Below, piece after piece: positions 28,101-38,498 of a stretch of DNA of 64,000 bases. Source of the DNA: Antedon mediterranea (Eukaryota; Animalia; Echinodermata); contig NC_092676.1 in the NCBI RefSeq assembly GCF_964355755.1, positions 4,379,888 through 4,443,887 of the forward strand, given 5' to 3'. The notes under the pieces were generated by a model, which did no database searches, had not been told where the DNA came from, and saw only the letters and a list, made by a program, of their open reading frames with translations. Each line of letters starts with the position of its first letter. Within the stretch, counting starts at the first letter, position 1. Both the position numbers and the translations under genes were made by a program.

Positions 28101-31100
28101 ATAACAAAAGGCAAGACAATAATAAGTGTTCGTTGGATCGGATCGGACGTGGATGGATGTCTATTATTATGAGCAGGGAGGAGACGGAAATGATACACGT
28201 GTAGTTAGCGCGTCTCGTCAGCTCGAGCGATCCGAGAGATAAAGAGACGTGACGTAACATAACTAGGTAACGTGACCTCAACTAAGGTCATTACCTAACT
28301 GCTGAAAAAAATATACAGCGATTTTTCGATATTTAAAAAAAAAAAATTTTTTTTCTGATTTCTCAGAAACTGCTTATTTTGATATGATTGTTTACGTTTG
28401 TACATACTAATATTAATATACTGAATTAAATAACAGAAGGAAAAGCCCTGAGTACACCTCCACTTTAATATCATCCTTACACCTAAAATGTCATGATTTC
28501 ATTAATAACATCATCATCATCATCATCTAATATTATCACCAATATTGTCATTATTCTTGCAATATATTTCCATCATCTTATTAATATTGTCATTATGTTG
28601 TCATCATCCTTCCTATTATTTATGACATCATAATTCATTTAGAATCATTATCAATATTGTCAGTAGTAAACAGCATGGTTCATAGCCAATGTACTTTGTA
28701 CCATTTTGTGTCAATAAGCATGTTACATCTGATGGTTTAAACTGTGTAAATATTGTAATTTTTACATTACACAATAATTAGAAATACTGTAAAAGTATTT
28801 TGTTCAGTGAAATTCTGAGTAGGATTTAATTATGAACATTATTGCCATATTTGGCTAATTACAAATACTATATATTATCATTTTTTGATAACCCGTATCG
28901 CCCTAATTATATAAAAACACTATACCATTTGAATAAACTTAGTATATCCCACAAGGCCCCACCACAGAAGAAAGCTGAAAACATTATTGTATTATATACA
29001 GTAGTCAAATACATGATTGCTAAACAAAAAAATAAATTATATATTATTTTTTAATTTGTAGCAACATACTAGAAACTTTTATGTACAACTTGCACCATTT
29101 ATTTTTATTTATTTAATTTTATTTTTATTCAAATTATCACACAGGCACAAAAATAGAAAAACATAAAATAAACCATGGCATTAAACTTAGCACTAACAAA
29201 TTATATTTTTGTATGTACAGTACTATAAACTCTTTACAACTGCATGTTTCAATATTATTATTTTTCTTTATGTTCTTCTTGTAATTTAGTATACCTTACA
29301 TCTGTTATCCATCACTACATATAAACATATGTTAGTAAGTTAGTTATTTTTTGTAAAATTCTGCATGAGTTCCACTTACATGTAATCCTGTTTTATTTAC
29401 CTTTGACATTCTTAAAGGAGGGAATCCAGTCTCAACCACCCAAGCCGGTAAGTAGACACACACATGGCCACTCTTCATACGGACCTCTTACTCATCTTCG
29501 GGTTTTGACAAATTATAATGTTTCGTTTTCGGCATGCATGATGTACGAGATTTATTAGTTTTGATAACGTCACGGTGAGAAATTCATATTAATGGAATCA
29601 GATAGAATAGAAAACATCACATCATCATCAATGTATTTACTGTAGTTTAATCATGACAACTGGTTGGGTATTGTAGTTGGTTTATAATTAATTCACTATA
29701 CTGGCTTTGGTATAGCACTCTATCCAATAAAGTATAACATACTGGTAACATACTGAACTCCTATCTCATAAAGGGTAACATACTGAACTCCTATCTCATA
29801 ATGGGTAACATACTGAACTCCTATCTAATAATGGGTAACATTAACCGCTTAAAATAATCTTTGTAACATCACCTATTTAGGAGATAATTTCCCATTAAAA
29901 TGAACTAGAAGCGATATGTGTGCTAACATGAGGGCCGTATTAAGGGTAAACTTTTGTTTGGTCCTGGAGTTGTCATATTAATACAGGTTGTACTGTATGA
30001 ACATTTAATATACTTTATAACAGTGTGATCAATGATTATTAATAACATTAACATGTTTCATAATGGTGTTGAATATAAATTTACAAAAAACATATTGATA
30101 ACATTAGTTTTAGTCATCTTATAATATATTCTAATATCATTTATACAAAATACATAATATTTTAGACTATAATTATTTTAATATGTTTCATTTGTAATAT
30201 GCTACCATTGAGATCAGTGCTACTAAATCAACAGACATTTAGTATATGTTATATATGTATGTGACCCCTTCATTCAGAGATGATGTCATGGTGACCTCTC
30301 CCCCCCCCCCATCCAAAAAAAACCCCTCTATTACTGAATAGTGTTCTATTCTCTATAGTTTAATGCAGGCTTTTTATTGGCTTACATATCAAATTAATAG
30401 CAGAAAATATTTTAAACCTTCATTACATTTACTAAATATATATTTCTTCCCGTCGTCTTGTGTGGTTAAGGACTGTAAACTGTAGGTCAAATCTACACAA
30501 AAATGCTTGTGTACACTTTAAAGAACTTAGTACATCTTTCGAGACGAGTAGGGGGTCACCCCGGTGTACTAGTTCACACTCAGCCACTGTGAGTAGGCTA
30601 CCCAGTGTACTAGTACATCACAGCCACTGTGAGTAGGCTACTGGTCCCTCTAGGAGAACAGTCCTTGATTAAAGAGGTCACTTAGAGGTCACACAGTATA
30701 AAGAAGAAACAAAAACTGGTTTTAATAACAAAATGTTAAAAATCAAACAATATATCTGTATACCATATCTATACAACTGTTTATGGTTCTAGATTTGTAT
30801 TTCCAGTACTTTGTTCTTGATGTTTCTATTAAAGAAACTAGACCTGCAATTTTTGACGTTTTCTAAAAATAATATATAACTATTATTTTTAAAAACATTA
30901 AACCAGGTCATTTCTTTTCTTAAATGTGCGTTCTACAGTTAATTGTGATAAAAAGAGAAAAACAATGCACTACCTATAAGTAGCTCGGGTCGTAAGTTCT
31001 CTTGTGTAGACGTGTAGGCCTAGCTTAGTTAGGCTTAGATTTGTAGGCCTAGCTGGTAAAGATCGGTAATGTACGAACATTGCTCGCTAGCTATAGCAGT

Positions 31101-34100
31101 CTGAGAATCTAATTTTCAAATTTACGTTGTTTTATTTTGATCAAATAAACTACTAGACTTTGTTTGAAATTTAAAGTTCAGATCTTGATGTGGCTTGCTT
31201 TGATTGCTATCACAGCAACGGATGTGTATCATATCGCTAAAAGCAACTATAAATAATTTATGCAGCTACCAGGAAAGTGTTTGTTAATTCATATTAATCA
31301 AAGTACTGCAATGAAGATACTGTTAGGATAATAATTATGAATTATGATATGTTAATTTAACAATGGAATAATTATAATAATTCAAAAGTTTTTATTCATT
31401 ATTTATTATTATTATTATTATAGTTTGTCAATACCAATAACAAAACTAAATTAAACAATATTTATATTATTAAAATTCTTATTTTTACCAACCGACTTGT
31501 GTAAATGTAAAATGCAATTTAGGCTACAATTTTTTTGTACTGTATTTAAAGATGTGTTGTCCCTGAAAAATATGAAAAATAACGATTTAAAATATCAGAC
31601 TTTTATTAGGCCATTTTACAAATTACAGTTTTAATGAAGTTATTCAATTCCATTTAAAACAAAACAAAAACAGACTATATTTTTAAAGATATCATTAAAA
31701 GGTTTTGTTGAATCAAATCTTCCAAACATTATTAAATCAACTTTAGAAAGTTTCATTACAAATGATAACGTGTCAGAAATCTTGTAGTTAGTTAGGAATG
31801 TAATGACATAATAGAGTAAAAAAAGCCTAAATAATAATCATAAAGTATAGGTTTAGGCCTAAAAGCTATTTCTACTAGGATGTAACGCAAGAATGTGAGT
31901 GAGTTGACCAATCACAAGCGACAGTTAGGATGATCCATCGCGTCGTGATTGGTCAAATTACATATGTTGTGCTCACGTCCTGCGTTCCATCCAAGTAGGA
32001 ACCAAGTGTATGATATTAATATTAATAATAATTCAAAATTATTGTTCAATTTTGCATTAAGGGTTTTATTTTAGGATTTTAGCATATCACTTTTAAACCT
32101 TTTTGTATTTGCAACAATTTCTATTTTTTCCTTGTGTTTTTTAACTTCTAGTACATTGTATGGTATATTGTATCAACTGCACATATATTAGATTGTGTGT
32201 TTATTTTTGTGCTATAATTATGATTTTTTTTTTAATATAATTTATTTTTCTTTTTTTTTTTAATTTCTTTTCTAATGGTCTTTTAAGAATGTTTATAAGT
32301 GTTTAGTTGTCAAATATTTAAATTTCTTTGATGTGACAGGGATGGGTGGGTGAAAACATTCTAAAATAGTATTATTTGTGTGCCTCTCTTGTTGAGAAAT
32401 GGATTCTTTGCAGCTGTGCAAACTACTTTAATTATTACCTCTATATAGTGCATGGAAGGGATGGACCTATTCTCATTCCTCAGCAATATCTGCACATATT
32501 GTGTATAAATAATAATAATCATTTTTTCAGTTATTGTGTGTGATCATATTAATTTTATATCGAATATAATAATTTGTTAAGCCTTGAAAATAATCCTTTT
32601 TTTTTACTGTACTTTTAATCTTTCTTTTGTAATATTGAATATAAATAAATTGATGTTAATATTAGTTCAAAGAAGTGATAACTATGATTTTAGTGAAATA
32701 TTCAAGCATATTCAATTGCTTGTTTTTTACATTTTGTAGATGAAAATCCAGTACTGAATAAGATAAGGCAATATGATATAATGATAATATTACTAAAAAT
32801 TATTTTTAAATTAATATTTTAATGTTTACTAAACCATTTAACATCATGTAAAATAAATTACAAGTCATCTACCACAAAAACTACTTTATATTCTACTAGT
32901 GCTTCTATTGTTACAATTACTTTCAGTTTGTTTTTTAAACAAAATTAGTTTACTAGTATTTGGTACGTTCCATTGTTGTTGCAGGGAGGTCAGCCAGCTG
33001 ATTGGAGATCGGGAGCTTTTTCTGGACAGTTTGTGGCACCTAATCAACAAATGGTATGTCTCCTAAATAATGTCTAAATTCACAGTTTTGTAGATATAAC
33101 AAAATAATAATAATTAATATATATCTTATTTCCTATATTCCTTTTGTCATGTAAACGTATTTGTACAATAAAGTTAAAATGATTCAAAAGCCTCCCTTCA
33201 TTTGTTATTGAATAAAGTTTGACAATACCAATCAATTCAACATAACAAAATAGATCAATTTATACAAATAGTGTTCATGATTTTAAAGTTATGTTGACAC
33301 AAATATTTGTCCTGCACTGCCCCGCATTGAGTGCATTACAATGATGTGGGAATTGTACTGTACGTGCCATTTTGTAGAAAGTTGCGGGACATTGCATGAA
33401 ATACATACCCAAACATCAATATTTACGCCTGTATTTATATTCCTGAATTGTGCAATGATACGCACCATGGTTGCAGCCGTGCATGTTATTGTGGGAAATG
33501 ACACGCATTTCACGACTAGTTCATGACATGTGGTATAATAATTTGTGCATACTTTACACTGTTTTTTTAGGTAATAGGTTGCCCATGTAGACCATGTGAC
33601 CTAAGGTATGGTGTGTAAACTATTTGTGACAACATTAAATGGCACACACTGAATGCGGAACAGTGAGGACAAAAATGTGTGATAGTGTGAACGGGACATA
33701 AGTAATCATTATAATAAGTGTTGATTACTTCTTTATTTTAGGGAATGAGAACAGGTATGGCATACAATGCAGCAGGAGCACAGCAAATACATAGACCACC
33801 AACACAGCAAAATACAGATCCATTTGTAAGTACGGCAGTCAGCCACAGAGCGCTACATAAATAAGCGCCACAGTCCATTAAGCGCCGCAGTCCAGTAAGC
33901 GCTGCAGTCCAGTAAGCGCCACAGTCTAGTAAGCAGTCATGCCAGTAAGCGCCGCAGTCTAGTAAGTAGTCTAGTAAGTGACGCATTCCAGTAAGCGCCG
34001 CAGTCCAGTAAGCGCCGCAGTCCAGTAAGTGCCACAGTTCAGTAATCGCAACAGTCCAATAAGCGCCACAGTTCAGTAAGCGCAACAGTCCAGTACGCAC

Positions 34101-34841
34101 CACACAAGTAAGCGCCACAGTCCACAAAGTGCCACCGTCCAGTAAATGCTGCAGTCTAGTAAGCCCCTCAGTCCAGTACGCACCACACAAGTAAGCGCCA
34201 CAGTCCACAAAGTGCCACCGTCCAGTAAACGTCACAGTCTAGTAAGCTCCTCAGTCCAGTACGCACCACACAAGTAAGCGCCACAGTCCACAAAGTGCCA
34301 CCGTCCAGTAAGCGCCACAGTTCAGTAATCGCAACAGTCCAATAAGCGCCACAGTTCAGTAAGCGCAACAGTCCTGTACGCACCACACAAGTAACCGCCA
34401 CAGTCCACAAAGTGCCACCGTCCAGTAAATGCCGCAGTCTAGTAAGCGCCACAGTCCAGTAAGCGCCACAGTCTAGTAAGCGCCGCAGTCTAGTAAGCGC
34501 TACAGTCCAGTAAGCGCCACAGTCTAGTAAGCGCCACAGTCTAGTAAGCGCCGCAGTCTAGTAAGCGCCGCAGTCTAGTAAGCGCCGCAGTCTAGTAAGC
34601 GCTACAGTCCGGTAAGCGCCACAGTCTAGTAAGCACCACAGTCCACAAAGTGCCACAGTCTAATAAGCGCTGCAGTCCAGTATGTGCTGTTTAGAACAAC
34701 AAGTTTTTTATTAAAATTGACAATTATTTACCAATTATTATATGCTGTAGATGCCTTTATTTGTATAAAATCTTTGATTCAATTTTGAGAAATAACGTTA
34801 TTTCTACTATACTTTTTTTATATTTGCAGGGAAGTCTGTGA
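1078..34841 (+). CDS. PICALM: Phosphatidylinositol-binding clathrin assembly protein (PICALM/AP180/LAP family), spliced, 5' part upstream of window
   Basis: Phase-consistent AG/GT exons: 1078-1189, 1421-1527, 3011-3052, 9254-9330, 13589-13706, 14066-14291, 15094-15246, (17030-17131), 17614-17823, 19224-19316, 21178-21246, 22966-23128, 25032-25146, 29418-29447, 32985-33053, 33742-33825, 34830-34841 (GGA AGT CTG TGA). Translation gives the ANTH C-terminal half ([27 protein letters not shown]...[23 protein letters not shown]) and a disordered tail with NPF/DLF/DPF motifs, [13 protein letters not shown] and TGGANW blocks, typical of the family. Confidence 0.95.
1421..1527 (+). CDS. PICALM: PICALM exon (ANTH domain)
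   Basis: ttgcag|AG...GAG|gtaaat; [36 protein letters not shown]; 107 nt, phase 1-0. Confidence 0.95.
2637..2968 (+). mobile_element. TTAA-flanked non-autonomous DNA transposon (Kolobok-like MITE)
   Basis: ttaa|AGATGTATT...AATACATCT|ttaa; related partial copies near 24640-25012 and 31548. Confidence 0.7.
3011..3052 (+). CDS. PICALM: PICALM exon
   Basis: tgtag|CAA...AAA|gtaagt; [14 protein letters not shown]; 42 nt. Confidence 0.95.
4254..4545 (+). mobile_element. tRNA-derived SINE (CORE/Meta-type body, L2-like tail)
   Basis: A-box-like tggcgcag, B-box ggttcgaatcc, core ggcaagatacttta...ctctccacccaggtgtataaatgggtacc, tail gcgctatataaat...tattattat. Confidence 0.75.
5207..5236 (+). CDS. Candidate alternative micro-exon of PICALM
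   Basis: ttcattccag|TTTAGGCAACTTCCCATCAGTTTTGAAAAT|gtgagt; 30 nt, phase 0-0, open ([10 protein letters not shown]); splice signals only. Confidence 0.5.
6180..6800. repeat. Degenerate (ATC)n microsatellite
   Basis: atcatcatattg-type runs; source of the poly-D/I/M pseudo-ORFs. Confidence 0.95.
7057..7104 (+). CDS. Candidate alternative small exon of PICALM
   Basis: ctttttccaatag|GCT...CAG|gtagag; 48 nt, phase 0-0, open ([16 protein letters not shown]). Confidence 0.45.
9254..9330 (+). CDS. PICALM: PICALM exon (end of ANTH)
   Basis: cttag|GCT...AA|gtaagt; [25 protein letters not shown]. Confidence 0.92.
9576..9723. mobile_element. Tourist/PIF-Harbinger-like MITE (~150 bp); other copies at 7962-8081, 13392-13548, 15331-15449, 18975-19133
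   Basis: TIR AGCTCTGTCTACACTATCAAACT...AGTTTGATAGTGTAGACAGAGCT, flanked by TTA/TAA. Confidence 0.85.
10153..13314. mobile_element. Non-autonomous PIF/Harbinger-type DNA transposon (3.16 kb)
   Basis: Perfect 32-bp TIR GGGAGCGTGCCCAAATGTTTTTACTCCGTTAA with TAA target duplication (10150-10152, 13315-13317); no transposase ORF; internal tandem array and a ~200-bp duplication (12163-12358/12397-12592). Confidence 0.9.
10920..11995. repeat. Internal tandem array of ~75-100 bp hairpin-containing units
   Basis: ~12 copies of tgtggaatgatgcta..tcaatactatcGTCCGTTAgctcggcgttTAACGGACacaaaaactcagta. Confidence 0.9.
13589..13706 (+). CDS. PICALM: PICALM exon
   Basis: tcgtag|G...ATG|gtaag; [39 protein letters not shown] (family-typical QALEEEQxRL helix). 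Confidence 0.92.
14066..14291 (+). CDS. PICALM: PICALM exon (NPF/SPF repeats, DLF motif)
   Basis: cacag|CAA...A|gtaagt; [37 protein letters not shown]...QDLFSVATT; phase 0-1. Confidence 0.85.
15094..15246 (+). CDS. PICALM: PICALM exon
   Basis: tttag|AT...G|gtaag; [25 protein letters not shown]...PWSSPN; phase 1-1. Confidence 0.85.
15816..16700. repeat. 30-bp minisatellite (60-bp dimeric higher order)
   Basis: cctaaactagattgaacca(g/t)cttaagccaa x ~29, with g/t mostly alternating. Confidence 0.97.
17030..17131 (+). CDS. Probable (alternative) PICALM exon
   Basis: Pyrimidine-rich upstream, gatag|TT...G|gtgata (weak donor); [34 protein letters not shown]; 102 nt, phase 1-1. Confidence 0.55.
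17614..17823 (+). CDS. PICALM: PICALM exon
   Basis: ctctag|GC...G|gtactt; [19 protein letters not shown]...[10 protein letters not shown]...QTRS; 210 nt, phase 1-1. Confidence 0.8.
17835..18035. repeat. 33-bp minisatellite
   Basis: gtcatgactcctccctcttgtgtttggatgttt x ~6, immediately after an exon donor. Confidence 0.9.
19224..19316 (+). CDS. PICALM: PICALM exon
   Basis: ttcag|GC...G|gtaata; [30 protein letters not shown]; 93 nt, phase 1-1. Confidence 0.78.
20165..20815. repeat. 45-bp minisatellite carrying GGAATTTCCC
   Basis: accctggtaccttggaatttcccctgggatgacagtgtgcgtgac x ~14. Confidence 0.97.
21178..21246 (+). CDS. PICALM: PICALM exon
   Basis: gttag|GG...G|gtaggg; [22 protein letters not shown]; 69 nt, phase 1-1. 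Confidence 0.8.
21967..22515. mobile_element. TTAA-flanked non-autonomous DNA transposon (Kolobok-like)
   Basis: ttaa|AGATGTATTGTCCCTT...AAGGGACAATACATCT|ttaa. Confidence 0.85.
22966..23128 (+). CDS. PICALM: PICALM exon
   Basis: ttcag|GC...AA|gtaatt; [12 protein letters not shown]...[22 protein letters not shown] (homologous to the DLDSSLANLVGNL block). Confidence 0.9.
23445..24090. repeat. ~88-bp tandem repeat
   Basis: ttctcttccccatcttctcccacaccccctcctcatcctatccaagcaatctcactgtactttgtgtctacaaggacttaatatta x ~7. Confidence 0.95.
25032..25146 (+). CDS. PICALM: PICALM exon
   Basis: ttcag|A...ATG|gtaag; [38 protein letters not shown] (conserved TGGxNW motif). Confidence 0.9.
25533..27326. repeat. 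36-bp minisatellite, ~50 copies
   Basis: gattgaaacaagtcaaagaaagttgattg(t/g)ctggtt; degenerate gttgattgg relatives at ~24270-24550 and 25270-25530. Confidence 0.98.
27590..27880. repeat. (ATC)n microsatellite, resuming at ~28470-28660
   Basis: catcatcat runs on both sides of the transposon at 27897-28464. Confidence 0.9.
27897..28464. mobile_element. TTAA-flanked non-autonomous DNA transposon (Kolobok-like, second family)
   Basis: ttaa|AGTGGAGGTG...CACCTCCACT|ttaa. Confidence 0.8.
29418..29447 (+). CDS. Probable PICALM micro-exon
   Basis: cttaaag|GAG...CCG|gtaagt; [10 protein letters not shown]; 30 nt, phase 0-0. Confidence 0.6.
29743..29842. repeat. 30-bp tandem repeat x3
   Basis: ggtaacatactgaactcctatctcataa(a/t)g. 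Confidence 0.85.
30455..30705 (+). mobile_element. 5'-truncated Deu/Nin-domain SINE
   Basis: taaggactgtaaactgtaggtc...tagtacatctttcgagacgagtagggggtcaccccggtgt; same family as 55946-56265. Confidence 0.75.
32985..33053 (+). CDS. PICALM: PICALM exon
   Basis: ttgcag|GGA...ATG|gtatgt; [23 protein letters not shown]. Confidence 0.8.
33742..33825 (+). CDS. PICALM: PICALM exon
   Basis: tttag|GGA...TTT|gtaagt; [28 protein letters not shown]. Confidence 0.85.
33860..34680. repeat. 17-bp-based minisatellite with higher-order blocks
   Basis: cagtc(c/t)agtaagcgcc(a/g) units plus recurring acgcaccacacaagtaagcgccacagtccacaaagtgccaccgtcc blocks. Confidence 0.95.
34830..34841 (+). CDS. PICALM: PICALM terminal coding exon (GSL*) followed by AU-rich 3'UTR
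   Basis: tttgcag|GGAAGTCTGTGA; yields C-terminal DPFGSL*, similar to the DPFGAL ends of invertebrate AP180 proteins. Confidence 0.8.
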   Translation, partial: GSL

Positions 34842-36899
34842 AGCTAACTGTGACAAATAAAGATATATATACACAAGTTAGCTCTTTTAAGAACTAAACA
34901 TATTCATCTGAAAAAGAAGAAAATATAAAAATATTTAATCATAGCGACATTAAAAGTGTCAGAAATATCATAATTTACAGGATGTAGCAAACTGGTTTTT
35001 AGTTAATAATATTTGTTACCAATGAATTATAAACATTGTAATTGTCACCCAAAATCATTGTTTTCCTCACAAATTTTCAGAAGAGGAAATATATCTTGAA
35101 ACAACATATATTAAATCATTTTATATGGATAGAGTTACAATTAATTTAATGTAAACAATTAAAATTGTAATTGAGTTGTTTAAATATCTGAGAGAAATCC
35201 TCCTGTTGTCGATCATGCTAGTAATTCTGTAGAAAGTGAGTTTATATTTTTTATCTGGAGATGTGAATTACATTGTATATTATATAATTTTGTTATATAA
35301 AATGTTGGTTTAGATCAACAAATTATCCGTGTGTTTATACTATGATGCTAACACGATAAATTGTGAAATGGAAATATGAATACATGTAACAAATATGTAT
35401 TTAAAATTAAAGAGATACATACATTTGATAAATTTATATTTCATAACAAATGAAATAGTAGTTAAAATATCAAAGGGACAACCATAGGACCCAAGAAAGT
35501 GTCCCTTTAATTGTGGGTGTCCCTTGAATAGGGGTGTCCAAAAGGAGGGGGTTCAACTTTATGTAAATAAAATAAGGAATAGCCAATGTGTCTCATACAG
35601 TTGTTATTTTTTTGTTATGGTCATAGTATAAACACATTTTAGGAAATTTTCAGTTTTTTAAAGTAATTCCGAAAATCTTTATTTTATTTATTTCTGATTC
35701 TTCATATTTCTTGTTTAATTGCTGCCATTGTTTTTAAAACATGAACCAAATACTTTGCCACCTGCAATACTGACCACATGTGCTCAATATGACCCCAAGT
35801 GACCCCATATTAATTAGTAAATTCAGTAACTGATTCATAATTGTAGATTAATTAACAGTTTTTTGTAACGAGCAATAGATGGGTTACAAACAATTATTTG
35901 TTTATGAAACTTATATATAAATTTTTCCTTCGGTCCTATATTTTTATTTTTGTTATTATATGTTTTTGTTTATTATAATAATATATAATTATAAATGTAT
36001 AATATTACTGTACTAAGACTATAAACATGTTTAGTATAATAGTATTGCATGCTATGTTGAACTCTATCCGTGTTTATATACAAGTATGTGTACCACTTAT
36101 ACAATAGACTATATGTTCAAACATTGTTGTAATGCCTTCATTTTTTATAGACATATGGCTTCTGATTTATCTGAATAAGACAATTGAGCAGAGGTGTTTT
36201 TATAGTCCTGGTTCGCGCTAGAAATTTGTATGGAGTCATGGTTCACGCTAGAGAGTTGTTATCGGGAGCAAACCAATCGTGTCAGTCTGTGTAAGAAATT
36301 GGTTCCCAAGCGATCTTGGTTCCCAAGTCGAAACACAAGGACGTAACGCAACATAAGTGATTTGACCAATCACAAGCGATGGATTATTCGAACTGTCGCC
36401 TGTCATTGGTTAACTCGCTTGCTGTGCACCTCTAGTGTGAACCAATAGTCGACTAAACAGAATCTGGTTATTATGATTGGAAACCGATTTTTATCAGCCC
36501 TAGTATGTATTGCAAATCAGGGTTACCGGTAAAATGACGTCAGTAATTTTGTGCGTGTGAACAGGGGATTTGATTTATGCCTGTGATTGGTGACCGTGTG
36601 TAAACAGAGCCTGGCAGTGGCATACTCATTTGGCATACAAGTATGTTTAGCATAAATTTACATTAAAGTGCGCAATATGTATTGCGACAACTGTGTTATT
36701 CACTCACTCTTTTCTCTATCAAAGTTAAATATAATCTTACAGATTGACTTGTCATTATATTAGATATCGCCCTGAGACCTATCAAAGTTATATCGGAGTT
36801 ATAATCGGATATCTCGTAAGCGGTCCCAGTGTGGTCGCTTACGGGAGGTTCAACTGTATAGGCCTCATATTGTTATTGTCCAATTTTTTTAACGAATAT

Positions 36900-37880
36900 T
36901 ACATTTTGTTTGACAAAATTTGGCAATTAAACATTTTAGGTAGGCCTCTTTGGAAGGAAAAAAGCGATAATATAATAGTACTATATGCACATAATATTAA
37001 GTTATCATTGTATTATGGAGTCATATTAATCAAATATGTCAACAAACAAAAAAAATTGAAATTAAAAAATTAAATTATGCCATAATATTGTTATATATAA
37101 AAAATTCCATCTACTATAGTATAGAAATTTTCGAAAAATTGACATGCAATAAATGTCGACCCATTTCGACATTGCAGTGACATGCGCAGAATCGTATACG
37201 ATTTCGACCTTTTTCTGTTTTTAGAAAAAGTCTGGAAAGTATGGAAATATACATGCATTTATAGAAATATTAGAGCATATTAAATGAAATTAAAAAACGC
37301 CATGTTTTGGGTGATTTTTTTGGTTACTATGACTCTAAGATGATGATAACGCAACATATGCGCATATATAGTAATATTATTGCATAATTATTGAATTTTA
37401 AAGAGTCGATATTTTGGCTATTTTTGAAAAAAATCCCTGTACTATAGTACACGGACATTTTCAAAAAATGACAAAATTTCGACGCTTTTATTTGTTGACA
37501 TACCTAAATGAAATTCTTTCAAGATACCTACAGTTAATATGACTCTATAAAGTTGTGCATATTATGGCAATATTATTGCATAATAATTTAATTTTAAATA
37601 ATCGATGTTTTGGCCATTTTTGAAAAAAGCCCTGTTTTCGAAAAATTACCAAATTTCGACCCTTTTATTTGTTGACATAACTAGTTACTATGACTCTATA
37701 AGATGATGATAACGCAATATATGTGCATATATGGCAATAGTATGGCATAATAATTGAATTTTAAATAGTCGATATTTTGGCCTTTTTTGAAAAAAATCCC
37801 TGTACTAGTACAGGAATTTTTTAAGAAAATGGCAAAATTTCGACCCTTTTATTTTTCGACAAAAGTGTGTATTATGGCTC
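36900..37880. repeat. AT-rich foldback-like repeat: ~3 direct ~180-bp units plus an inverted copy
   Basis: tatgactcta..tatgtgcatat..ttttggc..ttttgaaaaaa..aaatttcgacccttttatttgttgacata repeated in 37320-37870; reverse-complement pieces (tatgcacata, gagtcata, tatgtcaacaaa) at 36980-37140. Confidence 0.6.
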
Positions 37881-38422
37881 TATAATTTTTTTTTTCTCTC
37901 TTTGGTTTGGTGTGTGCCTCTCTTCATATACATATACATAAGTAAATAAGGGTTAGTACACTACCAGTGTCTAACTAATACTCCTGTTATATTCCCAATA
38001 TTCATTTTCTCATTTAGAATGTTCAATTCTTGCAAACATTTTTAAACAATTACGTTACCTTCAATTATTAGAATATTGTTATGTGTTATGATATGGACTT
38101 TGTTCTGAAATAAAAGTGAATTGAATTGAATTTCATTTAGCCTTTGTTCTAAAAAACCTTAGATAATAATCAATAGTACAATAGTCAATTCACATTCATT
38201 ACTGTTTATCTTAAATCTATATGTAATTGCTTATTCGAACAAAACAATTAAATATTAATATCAACTACTAACCAAAGTAATACACCTGGTGAACTGATTT
38301 ATCTAAATTATTTAAAACTCTTTTGCAACAATACTAAAAGAAACAATATTATGTCAAACGTTGAGATGACTTTGGGAGATAAAGTTTACTACGCACATCA
38401 CGGTACTGAATTGCGTAAGAAG

Positions 38423-38498
38423 ATGTTTGTCTTTAAAGTGGTAATAATATTGGTGGAGTTATCGTTTTCTAGTTGTGCTGATGTTGGTTCAAATGCCG
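38423..38498 (+). CDS. Signal-peptide exon of SRCR-LRR gene
   Basis: [25 protein letters not shown] then G|gtatga phase-1 donor; an in-frame upstream ATG at 38351 is also possible. Confidence 0.6.
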
